56,749 nt of DNA, from positions 1-56,749 of the forward strand of contig JACZWN010000001.1 in the NCBI GenBank assembly GCA_022572105.1. Direction: 5' to 3'. Shown here piece after piece: positions 41,941-50,735 of this stretch. The DNA comes from Pseudomonadota bacterium. GTDB lineage: Bacteria > Pseudomonadota > Alphaproteobacteria > Kiloniellales > J153. Positions within the stretch are counted from its first letter, which is position 1, and the number at the start of each line of letters is the position of its first letter. Position numbers and translations under genes: made by a program. The notes beneath the pieces were generated by a model. That model was not told where the DNA came from, did not search any database, and worked only from the letters and a program-made list of their open reading frames with translations.

Positions 41941-43284
41941 ATGGCTTCCGCCGCCGAGCAACTCGCCGCCAGCATCAACTTCGGGGCGCTTTCCAAGGCC
42001 ACGGAGCTCAAGAAGCGTATCTGGTTCACCCTGGGCGCCCTGGTCATCTACCGGCTCGGGACTTACATCCCGTCGCCGGGGATCGATCCGGTCGTCATGC
42101 AGCAAATCTTCGAGCAGCAGCGCGGCGGCATCCTGGGCATGTTCAACATGTTCGCCGGCGGCGCGCTGGGCCGGATGACGATCTTCGCGCTCAACATCAT
42201 GCCGTACATCTCGGCGGCGATCATCATGCAGCTCCTGACCGCCGTCTCGCCGACCCTGGAGGCGCTCAAGAAGGAGGGCGAAGCCGGGCGCAAGAAAATC
42301 AACCAGTACACCCGCTACGGCACCGTGCTGCTGGCCTCGGTCCAGGCCTACGGCATCGCCGTGGGGCTCGAGAGCGCGAGCGGGCCGAGCGGCTCGGCGG
42401 TGCTCGATCCGGGGCTGTATTTCCGCTTCACCATGGTGGTCACACTGACCGGCGGGACCATGTTCCTGATGTGGCTGGGCGAGCAGATCACCCAGCGCGG
42501 CGTCGGCAACGGCATCTCGCTGATCATTTTCTCCGGCATCGTCGCCAACCTGCCGCTGGCCATGGTGAGCACGCTGGAGCTGGGGCGCACCGGCGCCCTT
42601 TCGGCGGTCTTCATCATCGTGCTGCTGATCATGGTGGTCGTCGTGATCACCTTCATCGTGTTCATGGAGCGGGCCCAGCGCCGGATCATCATCCAGTATC
42701 CCAAGCGCCAGGTCGGCAACAAGATGTTCGGCGGCGAGAGCACGCACCTGCCGATGAAACTCAACCCCTCGGGCGTGATCCCGCTTATCTTCGCCTCTTC
42801 GCTCCTGCTCATGCCGCTGACCGTGGCCGGCTTCTCCGGCGGGGCCGGGCCGGAGTGGATGACCTGGGTGACCGCGTTCCTTGGCCGCGGCACGGCGGGC
42901 TTTCTGACGATCTACGTCGGGCTGATCCTTTTCTTCACCTTCTTCTACACTACGATCGTGTTCAATCCGGCGGACACCGCGGACAACCTGAAGAAGCACG
43001 GCGGCTTCATCCCCGGCATCCGGCCGGGCCGCAACACGGAGGCGCACCTGCGCTTCATCCTGCTGCGCCTGACCACCGTGGGCGCGATCTATCTCAGCTT
43101 GGTCGCCCTGCTGCCGGAGATCCTGATTTCGCGCTTCGCCGTGCCGTTCTTTTTTGGCGGCACCAGCCTGCTCATCGTCGTGTCGGTGACCATGGATACG
43201 GTCGGGCAGATCCATTCGCACCTGCTCGCGCACCAATACGAAGGCCTGATCAAGAAAGCCAAGCTGAAGGGTAGGCGTGGGTGA
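41941..43284 (+). CDS. secY: Preprotein translocase subunit SecY
   Basis: 447 aa, multi-TM. LGTYIPSPGID, FALNIMPYISAAIIMQLL, WLGEQITQRGVGNGISLIIF, IPGIRPGRNT. Confidence 0.98.
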   Translation: MASAAEQLAASINFGALSKATELKKRIWFTLGALVIYRLGTYIPSPGIDPVVMQQIFEQQRGGILGMFNMFAGGALGRMTIFALNIMPYISAAIIMQLLTAVSPTLEALKKEGEAGRKKINQYTRYGTVLLASVQAYGIAVGLESASGPSGSAVLDPGLYFRFTMVVTLTGGTMFLMWLGEQITQRGVGNGISLIIFSGIVANLPLAMVSTLELGRTGALSAVFIIVLLIMVVVVITFIVFMERAQRRIIIQYPKRQVGNKMFGGESTHLPMKLNPSGVIPLIFASSLLLMPLTVAGFSGGAGPEWMTWVTAFLGRGTAGFLTIYVGLILFFTFFYTTIVFNPADTADNLKKHGGFIPGIRPGRNTEAHLRFILLRLTTVGAIYLSLVALLPEILISRFAVPFFFGGTSLLIVVSVTMDTVGQIHSHLLAHQYEGLIKKAKLKGRRG

Positions 43285-43931
43285 ACATCATTCTCTTGGG
43301 CCCGCCGGGCGCGGGCAAGGGAACCCAGGCACAGAGGATCGTGAGGAAACAAGGCCTGATCCAACTCTCGACCGGCGACATGCTGCGCGCGGCGGTCGCC
43401 TCGGGGAGCGATCTGGGCAAAGAGGCCAAGAAGGTCATGGATGCCGGGCAACTCATGCCCGACGCGTTGATGATCCGCATGATCTCGGAACGGATCGACC
43501 AGCCGGACTGCCGGGGCGGCTTCATCCTGGACGGTTTCCCGCGTACGATCCCCCAGGCCGAGGGCCTGGACCGGATGCTGGCGGAGAAGGGGTTGAGGCT
43601 GGATTCGGTAATCGAGATGAAGGTCGACGAGGAGGCGCTGGTCCAACGCATCACCGGACGCTACACCTGCGCGAAATGCGGCGCCGGCTACCACGACAGC
43701 TTTCAGCGTCCCCAATCGGACGGGGTGTGCGACCACTGCGGCGGGAGCGGGATAACGCGCCGGGCCGACGACAACGAGGAGACGGTGCGCACGCGGCTGG
43801 AGGCATACCGGGCGCAGACCGAGCCGATCCTGCCGTATTACGGCGAGAAGGGGATCCTGCGCTCGGTCGACGGCATGGCCTCGATCGACGAGGTCGCCGA
43901 TCAAATCGAGACGGCCCTGGCGGCGGCATGA
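43281..43931 (+). CDS. adk: Adenylate kinase
   Basis: 216 aa with a GTG start overlapping the secY stop. MNIILLGPPGAGKGTQAQ P-loop, and a lid with C..C ... C..G zinc-type spacing (CAKCGAGYH...CDHCGG). Confidence 0.96.
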   Translation: MNIILLGPPGAGKGTQAQRIVRKQGLIQLSTGDMLRAAVASGSDLGKEAKKVMDAGQLMPDALMIRMISERIDQPDCRGGFILDGFPRTIPQAEGLDRMLAEKGLRLDSVIEMKVDEEALVQRITGRYTCAKCGAGYHDSFQRPQSDGVCDHCGGSGITRRADDNEETVRTRLEAYRAQTEPILPYYGEKGILRSVDGMASIDEVADQIETALAAA

Positions 43932-43934
43932 CGG

Positions 43935-43962
43935 TTGACTCGACAGAGTGGCGGCCTATAAT
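43935..43962 (+). promoter_or_regulatory. Near-consensus sigma70 promoter upstream of rpsM (alpha operon)
   Basis: TTGACT (43935-43940), a 16-nt spacer, then TATAAT (43957-43962). A GCCGTG...CACGGC stem-loop follows in the leader. It lies about 85 nt upstream of the rpsM GTG. Confidence 0.7.
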
Positions 43963-44047
43963 TGCCGTGCCTCCGGTGCCACGGCGACCGGGCGGTTTTG
44001 CCTGTCCGCATTCAACCAAGGCTCAAGACGCTTAAGGAGACCGCGAC

Positions 44048-44425
44048 GTGGCCCGTATCGCTGGCGTCAATATTCCGACTCAGAAGCGCGTCGAGATCGC
44101 GCTGACCTACATCCACGGCATCGGCCGCACCAAGGCCACGGAAATCTGCTCGAAGGTCGGGATCCCGCGCGAGCGCCGGGTCAACGATCTGACCGACGAG
44201 GAGGTGATGCGGATCCGCGAAGCCATCGACCGCGACTGCATCGTCGAGGGCGATCTGCGGCGCGAGGTGGCCATGAACATCAAGCGTTTGATGGACCTGG
44301 GTTGCTACCGGGGATTGCGTCACCGCAAAGGCCTGCCGGTGCGCGGCCAGCGCACCAACACCAACGCGCGCACCCGCAAGGGCCCGGCGCGGCCGATCGC
44401 GGGCAAGAAGAAGACGCTCAAGTAA
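44048..44425 (+). CDS. rpsM: 30S ribosomal protein S13
   Basis: 125 aa with a GTG start. [30 protein letters not shown]..., [24 protein letters not shown]. Confidence 0.97.
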   Translation: MARIAGVNIPTQKRVEIALTYIHGIGRTKATEICSKVGIPRERRVNDLTDEEVMRIREAIDRDCIVEGDLRREVAMNIKRLMDLGCYRGLRHRKGLPVRGQRTNTNARTRKGPARPIAGKKKTLK

Positions 44426-44443
44426 CAACGGATAGGGACGAGG

Positions 44444-44833
44444 ATGGCCAAACCTCAGGCGCGCTTGCGGCGCCGGGAGAAGAAGAACATCACTTCCGGT
44501 ATTGCACATGTGAGCGCGACGTTCAACAACACCAAGATCACCATCACCGACGTCCAGGGCAACACCATTGCTTGGGCTTCGGCCGGCGGTCAGGGCTTCA
44601 AGGGCTCGCGCAAGTCGACCCCTTATGCCGCCCAGTTGGCCGGCGAGGACGCCGGACGCAAGGCGCAGGAGCACGGCATGAAGACCCTCGAGGTCAACGT
44701 CAAGGGACCGGGCTCGGGCCGGGAATCCGCGCTGCGCGCGCTTCAGGCGGTCGGCTTCATCATCACCGTCATCCGGGACGTGACACCGATTCCGCACAAC
44801 GGTTGTCGGCCGCCCAAACGGCGGAGAGTTTAA
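44444..44833 (+). CDS. rpsK: 30S ribosomal protein S11
   Basis: 129 aa. [46 protein letters not shown]..., [18 protein letters not shown]. Confidence 0.97.
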   Translation: MAKPQARLRRREKKNITSGIAHVSATFNNTKITITDVQGNTIAWASAGGQGFKGSRKSTPYAAQLAGEDAGRKAQEHGMKTLEVNVKGPGSGRESALRALQAVGFIITVIRDVTPIPHNGCRPPKRRRV

Positions 44834-44915
44834 GACCGTCCGCCCGGCGGCGCTCGCGCCGCGCGTTCGGGGCGGATCCGGTAGATGGAGCCGGGCATAC
44901 CCGGCGCAAGATACT

Positions 44916-44952
44916 GATGTGCATACCGATGGATACCGCTCCTTGGTATTAA
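44916..44952 (+). repeat. Degenerate solo-end copy of the MITE-like family in the rpsK-rpoA spacer
   Basis: GATGTGCATACCGATGGATACCGCTCCTTGGTATTAA aligns by eye with copy B (GATGTGCGCCCATGAAATGGGTCAATATCAGCGCTCCTTGGTATAA), with an internal deletion. It ends in TGGTATTAA about 50 nt upstream of the rpoA GTG. Confidence 0.4.
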
Positions 44953-45001
44953 TCCCATCCAAGCGGGTCCGAAATAACTTACAAGTCGCGAGGGCGCGGT
45001 A

Positions 45002-46018
45002 GTGCTGCAAAAAAATTGGACGGAAATGATCAAGCCGGGCAAGCTCGACATCCAGCCCGGATCGGACGCGAAGCGTCTGGCCAAGGTGGTGGCCGAGCCG
45101 CTCGAGCGTGGTTTCGGATTGACCCTCGGCAACGCGCTTCGGCGGGTGCTTCTGTCGTCCCTCCAGGGGGCGGCGGTGACCAGCATCCACGTCGACGGCG
45201 TGCTCCACGAGTTCTCCTCGATCCCGGGTGTGCGCGAGGACCTGACCGACGTCGTGCTCAACGTCAAGTCGATTGCGCTGCGCATGTACGGCGACGGGCC
45301 AAAGCGAATACGTCTCAGGTCCGAGGGACCGGGAGAGGTCACCGCCGGGCAGATCGAGACCGGTCACGACATCGAGGTCATGAACCCCGATCTGGTGATC
45401 TGCACCCTCGACGACGGCGCGCGCATCGACATGGAGATGACCGTCGAGTCCGGCAAGGGCTATATCCCGGGCTCGCAGAACCGGCCGGAGGATGCGCCGA
45501 TCGGCCTGATCCCGGTCGACGCCATGTTCTCGCCGGTGCGCAAAGTGGCCTACAAGGTCGAGAACACCCGCGTCGGCCAAGTGACCGACTACGACAAGCT
45601 GACCATGGAGATCGAGACCAACGGCGCGGTGACGCCGGAGGACTCGGTCGCGCTTGCCGCGCGCATCCTGCAGGAGCAGCTCCAGCTGTTCATCAATTTC
45701 GACGAGCCGGCGATCCGCGAGTTCGAGGACAAGCCGAGCGAGCCGCCGTTCAACAAGAACCTCTTGCGCAAGGTCGACGAGCTCGAGCTCTCGGTACGCT
45801 CGGCGAACTGCCTCAAGAACGACAATATCGTCTACATCGGCGATCTGGTTCAGAAGAGCGAGGCCGAAATGCTGCGCACCCCGAACTTCGGCCGCAAATC
45901 CTTGAACGAGATCAAGGAGGTCCTGTCGACCATGGGCCTGCATCTCGGCATGGAGATCCCCAACTGGCCGCCGGAAAATATCGAGGACCTCGCCAAGAAG
46001 CTCGAGGAGCCTTACTGA
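45002..46018 (+). CDS. rpoA: DNA-directed RNA polymerase subunit alpha
   Basis: 338 aa with a GTG start. [16 protein letters not shown]..., [25 protein letters not shown], and the C-terminal domain [23 protein letters not shown]. Confidence 0.97.
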   Translation: MLQKNWTEMIKPGKLDIQPGSDAKRLAKVVAEPLERGFGLTLGNALRRVLLSSLQGAAVTSIHVDGVLHEFSSIPGVREDLTDVVLNVKSIALRMYGDGPKRIRLRSEGPGEVTAGQIETGHDIEVMNPDLVICTLDDGARIDMEMTVESGKGYIPGSQNRPEDAPIGLIPVDAMFSPVRKVAYKVENTRVGQVTDYDKLTMEIETNGAVTPEDSVALAARILQEQLQLFINFDEPAIREFEDKPSEPPFNKNLLRKVDELELSVRSANCLKNDNIVYIGDLVQKSEAEMLRTPNFGRKSLNEIKEVLSTMGLHLGMEIPNWPPENIEDLAKKLEEPY

Positions 46019-46153
46019 CCCCGCCCTTAGGGGCGACCCCGGGGGCCGTTCGGGCCCCCGCCCGCCGTACACGGCCTCGCGACCCGAGAGGATGCGCGGC
46101 GGCGGGCTCGTGCAATCGGTCTCGCGCGCGAGGCCCGGAGAGGAGAACGGACG

Positions 46154-46576
46154 ATGCGCCACGCAAAGAGCGGCCGGAAGCTCAACCGGACCGCCAGTCA
46201 CCGCAAGGCGATGTTCGCCAACATGGCGGTCGCGCTGATCAAGCACGAGCAGATCAAGACCACGCTGCCCAAGGCGAAGGACTTGAGAGGCGTCGTCGAC
46301 CGTCTCATCACGCTTGGCAAACGGGGCGACCTGCACGCCCGGCGCCAGGCGCTCTCGGTGCTGCGCGACAGCACGATCGCGGCCAAGCTGTTCAAAGAGC
46401 TGGCCGAGCGCTACAAGGACCGCCCGGGCGGCTACACCCGGGTGATCAAGGCCGGCTTTCGCTACGGCGACACGGCGCCCATGGCGGTCATCGAGCTGGT
46501 CGAACGGAACCCGGACGCCAAGGGCCAGGATTCCGGTCCGACCATGTACGGCGAGGACGTGGCGAAGGAGGAATAG
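46154..46576 (+). CDS. rplQ: 50S ribosomal protein L17
   Basis: 140 aa. [45 protein letters not shown]. Confidence 0.97.
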   Translation: MRHAKSGRKLNRTASHRKAMFANMAVALIKHEQIKTTLPKAKDLRGVVDRLITLGKRGDLHARRQALSVLRDSTIAAKLFKELAERYKDRPGGYTRVIKAGFRYGDTAPMAVIELVERNPDAKGQDSGPTMYGEDVAKEE

Positions 46577-46613
46577 CCCCTGCCTTGGCGGACACGCGCC
46601 GAATTCCACAGCC

Positions 46614-46641
46614 AGGGCGGCCCACCGGGGGCTGCCCTTTT
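46614..46641 (+). terminator. Rho-independent terminator candidate after rplQ
   Basis: AGGGCGGCCC-ACCG-GGGCTGCCCT forms a 10-bp stem with one G-U pair, directly followed by TTTT (46638-46641). Confidence 0.6.
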
Positions 46642-46664
46642 GCGTTGGCGAGCGCGCGGCGCCT

Positions 46665-46737
46665 CATTTACGCCTCGGGCCTGCCGATGCCGATGTGCGC
46701 CCATGAAATGGGTCAATATCAGCGCTCCTTGGTATAA
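46665..46737 (+). repeat. Dispersed repeat, solo-end copy B of the MITE-like family
   Basis: CATTTACGCCTCGGGCC...CCATGAAATGGGTCAATATCAGCGCTCCTTGGTATAA. The last ~29 nt nearly match the right terminal repeat of the full element at 48445-48479. The first part matches copy A (8404-8529). Confidence 0.7.
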
Positions 46738-46738
46738 T
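46730..46738 (+). promoter_or_regulatory. Extended -10 promoter element (TGGTATAAT) formed at the end of repeat copy B, facing the degP-like gene
   Basis: TG-n-TATAAT at 46730-46738, about 55 nt upstream of the ATG at 46793. No good -35 is present, which extended -10 promoters tolerate. Confidence 0.4.
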
Positions 46739-46792
46739 ATGGTAATGGCGCGCCGCGCGCGGGCGAGTCGTTGCCACGAGGGATCTTGGATC

Positions 46793-48211
46793 ATGGGATG
46801 CCGTTTGCTAGCCGTTTGCCTGGGCGCTTTGCTTGCGTTCGCGCCGCCGGCCGCGGCGGCCGACCAGACCAAGACCGTGCCGGACTCGCGCCTCCAGGTC
46901 GAGCTGTCCTTCGCGCCGGTCGTCAAGCGGGTGGCGCCGGCCGTGGTCAACATCTTCTCCAAGCGCGTGGTGCGCCAGCGCGGCGCCTCGCCGTTCTTCG
47001 ACGACCCCTTCTTCAAGCGCTTCTTCGGCAAGAACTTCGGCATGTTCGGCGTGCCCAGGGAGCGGATTCAGAGCTCCCTCGGCTCCGGGGTGATCGTTTC
47101 CGAAGATGGCCTGATCGTCACCAATTACCACGTCATCAAGGACTCGGACGAGATCACCGTGGTGCTCGCCGACCGGCGCGAGTTCCCGGCCGAACTGGTG
47201 CTCGGCGACGAGCGCACCGATTTGGCCGTGCTGCGCATCGACCCGGGCGGAAAGAAACTGCCGCACGTCGCGTTCCGGGACTCCGACGAGGTCGAGGTCG
47301 GCGATCTGGTGCTGGCCATCGGCAATCCCTTCGGCGTCGGCCAGACGGTGACCAGCGGCATCGTCTCGGCGACGGCGCGCACCCAGACCGGCATCTCCGA
47401 TTTCAGCTTTTTCATCCAGACCGATGCCGCGATCAACCCGGGCAACTCGGGCGGCGCGCTGGTCACCCTCGACGGCAAGCTGCTCGGCATCAACACGGCG
47501 ATCTATTCGCGCAGCGGCGGCTCGGTGGGGATCGGCTTCGCGATCCCCTCGAACATGGTCAAGACGGTCGTGGCCGGCGCGCTCAGGGGCGGCGATCTGG
47601 TGCGCGCCTGGAGCGGTCTGGTCGGCCAGCCGCTGACCCAGGATCTGGCCGAGGGCTTCGGGCTGGAGACGCCCGGCGGCGTGATCGTCGCCAAGGTTTA
47701 TCCCGGCGGCCCGGCCGACCGCGCCGGCGTCAGGGCCGGTGACGTCATCCTGGGGCTGGACGGGCAGCGCGTGGCCGACGTCGAGTCCTTCCGCTACCGG
47801 GTCGCCACCCGCGACTTGGGCGGCACCGCCGAGCTCGAGATCTGGCGCAACCGAACCATCAAGACCCTGGACCTGCCGCTCGGACCCGCGCCGGAGATCC
47901 CGCCGCGCGCGCGGATGCGCCTGACCGGACAGCATCCGCTGGACGGCGCGGTGGTCGACAACCTGTCGCCGGCCTTGGCCGAGGAGCTGGACCTGCCGGG
48001 CGCCTGGGAAGGCGTTATCATCATCAAGGTGGTGCGCGGCAGCGTGGCGCATCGCCTGCGATTCCAGCCGGGCGACATCATCGTGGCGGTCAACCGCAAG
48101 GCGGTGGCCGAGGTCACCGCCGTGGCCGAGGCGCTGGAGCGCGCCAGGGCGCAGTGGCGCATCAGCTTCAGCCGTAAGGGTAAGGTGCGCCATGTCGAGT
48201 TCTCACTCTGA
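46793..48211 (+). CDS. DegP/DegQ (HtrA, Do-family) periplasmic serine endoprotease with two PDZ domains
   Basis: 472 aa from MGCRLLAVCLGALLAFAPPAAAA (signal peptide). Trypsin-fold motifs are present: VTNYHVI, DLAVLRI, TDAAINPGNSGGALV. Two PDZ-like regions follow. Earlier ORF-track starts lie inside the repeat and are rejected. Confidence 0.88.
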   Translation: MGCRLLAVCLGALLAFAPPAAAADQTKTVPDSRLQVELSFAPVVKRVAPAVVNIFSKRVVRQRGASPFFDDPFFKRFFGKNFGMFGVPRERIQSSLGSGVIVSEDGLIVTNYHVIKDSDEITVVLADRREFPAELVLGDERTDLAVLRIDPGGKKLPHVAFRDSDEVEVGDLVLAIGNPFGVGQTVTSGIVSATARTQTGISDFSFFIQTDAAINPGNSGGALVTLDGKLLGINTAIYSRSGGSVGIGFAIPSNMVKTVVAGALRGGDLVRAWSGLVGQPLTQDLAEGFGLETPGGVIVAKVYPGGPADRAGVRAGDVILGLDGQRVADVESFRYRVATRDLGGTAELEIWRNRTIKTLDLPLGPAPEIPPRARMRLTGQHPLDGAVVDNLSPALAEELDLPGAWEGVIIIKVVRGSVAHRLRFQPGDIIVAVNRKAVAEVTAVAEALERARAQWRISFSRKGKVRHVEFSL

Positions 48212-48212
48212 G

Positions 48213-48479
48213 TTATACCAAGTCTCGTTGATAATGACCCATAGAGACGGCTTCCCAAGGCTTTCGGCTAGGAGCGCGTGGCGCGGCGATGCGGGGCATC
48301 GCGAGCGATGCGCGACGCCGCCCGAAAGCCTTGGGAAACCGCCGTTCCGGTCGCGCGGGCGAACCGCCGGAGGGCGTCGGCAAGCCTTGACGATGTCCCG
48401 CATCGCCCGCGGCTTCCCTCCTACCCGGCGGATCGCCTGCCCGATCTCTATGGGTCATTATCAGCGCTCCTTGGTATAA
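48213..48479. mobile_element. Non-autonomous MITE-like element (267 bp) with 35-bp imperfect terminal inverted repeats and an extended palindromic body
   Basis: The left end is TTATACCAAGTCTCGTTGATAATGACCCATAGAGA (48213-48247). The reverse complement of the right end (48445-48479) is TTATACCAAGGAGCGCTGATAATGACCCATAGAGA. Internal arms also pair, e.g. CCCAAGGCTTTCGG / CCGAAAGCCTTGGG and GCGATGCGGGGCATCG / CGATGTCCCGCATCGC. It has no credible ORF and fills almost the whole degP-potC spacer. Confidence 0.75.
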
Positions 48480-48488
48480 GGGAGCGAC

Positions 48489-49322
48489 ATGCGTATTTAC
48501 GCCACCGTGGTTTATCTTTTCCTGTACGTCCCCATCGGCATCATCGTGCTGTTCAGCTTCAACTCCGGGCGGCACGCCAGCGACTTCCGCGGCTTCTCCA
48601 TCGAGTGGTACGGCACGGCGTTCTCGAACCGCTGGGTGGTGGAAGCGCTGACCACCAGTCTCATCATCGCCGGCACGACCGCAGTGCTGGCGACCGTGAT
48701 GGGCACCTCGGCGGCGCTCGCGCTGCAGCGCGTCAAGGGGACGCTCAGGGCAATTTTCGACGGGCTCACTTTAATCGCGATCATGATTCCCGGTATCGTC
48801 CTCGGCATCTCGACGCTGGTCGGGCTGGTCACCTTGTTCAAATTCGCCAACCCGGTGATCGCCACGCTGTGGCCCGTGGTGCTGGGTGCGGCGCCCAAGC
48901 TGCATATGGGTTACGCCACGGTGATCGCCGCGCACACCGTATTCACCATGGCGCTGGTCATCGTCATCGTGCGCGCCCGCATCCAGGGCATGGACCGGAC
49001 CCTGATCGAGGCCTCGGCCGATCTTTACGCGACACCGTGGGGGACTTTCCGCCAGGTGACGTTGCCGCTGCTGTTCCCGGCGGTGCTCGCCGGCTTCCTG
49101 CTCAGCTTCACCTTCAGCTTCGACGACTTCATCATTTCCTTCTTCGTCGCCGGCTCGAACACCACCCTACCGATCTACGTGTTCTCGTCGATCCGCCGCG
49201 GCATAACGCCCGAGGTCAACGCCATCGGCACCATGGTGCTGGCCGTCTCGCTCACCCTTATGGTTCTCGCCCAGGCGCTGTTGCGCGCGCGCACGGCCAA
49301 GACCAAGAGCGGCCAGGGCTGA
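48489..49322 (+). CDS. ABC transporter permease, spermidine/putrescine PotC/PotI-like
   Basis: 277 aa, six-TM type. MRIYATVVYLFLYVPIGIIVLFSFNSG..., and an EAA-like loop region IEASADLYATPWGTFRQVTLPLLFPAVLAG. Confidence 0.85.
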   Translation: MRIYATVVYLFLYVPIGIIVLFSFNSGRHASDFRGFSIEWYGTAFSNRWVVEALTTSLIIAGTTAVLATVMGTSAALALQRVKGTLRAIFDGLTLIAIMIPGIVLGISTLVGLVTLFKFANPVIATLWPVVLGAAPKLHMGYATVIAAHTVFTMALVIVIVRARIQGMDRTLIEASADLYATPWGTFRQVTLPLLFPAVLAGFLLSFTFSFDDFIISFFVAGSNTTLPIYVFSSIRRGITPEVNAIGTMVLAVSLTLMVLAQALLRARTAKTKSGQG

Positions 49323-49339
49323 GCGATTTGACGGCCGCA

Positions 49340-50617
49340 ATGACCGACACGGATGTCGCCATCGTCGGCGCTGGCGCGGCGGGCCTCGCCGCGGCGCGGA
49401 CGCTCACCGACCTCGGCGTGCCCTTCGTCCTGCTCGAGGCCTCGCACCGGATCGGCGGGCGCGCCTATACCGAAGAGGTCTCCCCCGGCGTGCCCTTCGA
49501 CCTGGGTTGCCACTGGCTGCATTCGGCGAGCCTGAACCCCTTCGTCGCCATCGCCGATTCCTTCGGGTTCCACTATAACACCCAAGGCATTTCGCTGCGC
49601 ATCCGCCTGGACGGGGCCTGGGCCGGCGAAACGGTCCAAGAAGAGCGCGACGCCTTCTTCGAAAGAAACCTCGACCTGATCGCCCAAGCCGGAGAACGAG
49701 GCCGGGACGTGGCGATCGCCGAGGCGACCGAGCGCGACAGCCGCTGGACGGCGCCTTTCGATTACTTCATCTCGCTCATGGCATCGGCCGACGCGGATCG
49801 GGTCTCCACGCTCGACTACCACAACTACAACGACACCGGCGAGAACTGGCCGCTCAAGGAAGGCTACGGGGCGCTGGTCGCCCGCTTCGGGGCGGACGTG
49901 CCGGTCACGCTCAACGCGGCGGTCGCGCGGATCGACTGGTCCGCCGAGACCCTGAGCCTGACCGCGCCGCAGGGCGAGGTCCGCGCCAAGAAGGTCATCG
50001 TCACGGTCTCGACCGGGGTCTTGGGCGGCGGCCACATCCGCTTCGACCCGCCGCTGCCCGGGGCGAAGCAGGAAGCGATCGCCGCGCTGCCGCTGGGCAA
50101 CCACAACCGGATCTGCCTGGTCTACGACCACGACGTCTTCGGCGCCGACCACCCGCACGGCGCGACGCTTCTGAACCAAGGTTCGGAGCCCATGGGCTTC
50201 TCGATCCGGCCGTTCGGCTACGACTACGTGGTCGGCTTCACCGGCGGCCGCTTTGCCGACTGGCTCGAGCGCGCCGGCGTCGAGGCCTCGGTGGATCTGG
50301 CCAAGGAGAACCTCAAGCGGGCCTTCGGCGCCGACATCGTCAAGCACGTGGCGCGCCACAGCGTGACCGCCTGGCGCGGCGACCCATGGGTCCGGGGCGC
50401 CTATTCCGCCGCCCTGCCCGGCCAGGCACATCAACGCGCGCGCCTGGCCGAGCCCCTGGACGAGCGCCTGTACTTCGCCGGCGAGGCGGCCTCGCCCGAT
50501 TTCTTCTCGACCGCCCACGGCGCCCACCTCACCGGCATCCGGGCGGCGCGGGCGGCGGCGAGCTCGCTCGGCAGGGAGCAAAACGTCGAGACCGACGCCG
50601 CCGATAGCGCGGGTTGA
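49340..50617 (+). CDS. FAD-dependent (flavin) amine oxidase, polyamine/monoamine oxidase family
   Basis: 425 aa from MTDTDVAIVGAGAAGLAAARTL (GxGxxG dinucleotide fold), then LEASHRIGGRAYT and the C-terminal YFAGEAAS...TAHGAHLTGIRAA motif. The ORF-track 48278..50617 frame is only coding from 49340. Confidence 0.85.
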   Translation: MTDTDVAIVGAGAAGLAAARTLTDLGVPFVLLEASHRIGGRAYTEEVSPGVPFDLGCHWLHSASLNPFVAIADSFGFHYNTQGISLRIRLDGAWAGETVQEERDAFFERNLDLIAQAGERGRDVAIAEATERDSRWTAPFDYFISLMASADADRVSTLDYHNYNDTGENWPLKEGYGALVARFGADVPVTLNAAVARIDWSAETLSLTAPQGEVRAKKVIVTVSTGVLGGGHIRFDPPLPGAKQEAIAALPLGNHNRICLVYDHDVFGADHPHGATLLNQGSEPMGFSIRPFGYDYVVGFTGGRFADWLERAGVEASVDLAKENLKRAFGADIVKHVARHSVTAWRGDPWVRGAYSAALPGQAHQRARLAEPLDERLYFAGEAASPDFFSTAHGAHLTGIRAARAAASSLGREQNVETDAADSAG

Positions 50618-50735
50618 ATCAGCCGCTCGTTCGGGGCGGGCAACAGCAAACGGCGCGGCCGGTTACCCGAGCCGCACCGTCGATTTCATCGGAAAGATGG
50701 TCGGAGCGCGTGCCTCATGCCAACGATTGTCGGTA

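Noticed and set aside
43932-44047. Expected infA/rpmJ between adk and rpsM
   Set aside because: The spacer is only 116 nt and is occupied by a consensus promoter and leader hairpin, with no ORF. Absence is normal for alphaproteobacteria.
48278-50617. 779-aa ORF spanning the MITE, the permease gene (other frame) and the amine oxidase
   Set aside because: Only the part from ATG 49340 (MTDTDVAIVGAGAAG) is oxidase-like. The upstream part reads through the repeat and out of frame over the permease.
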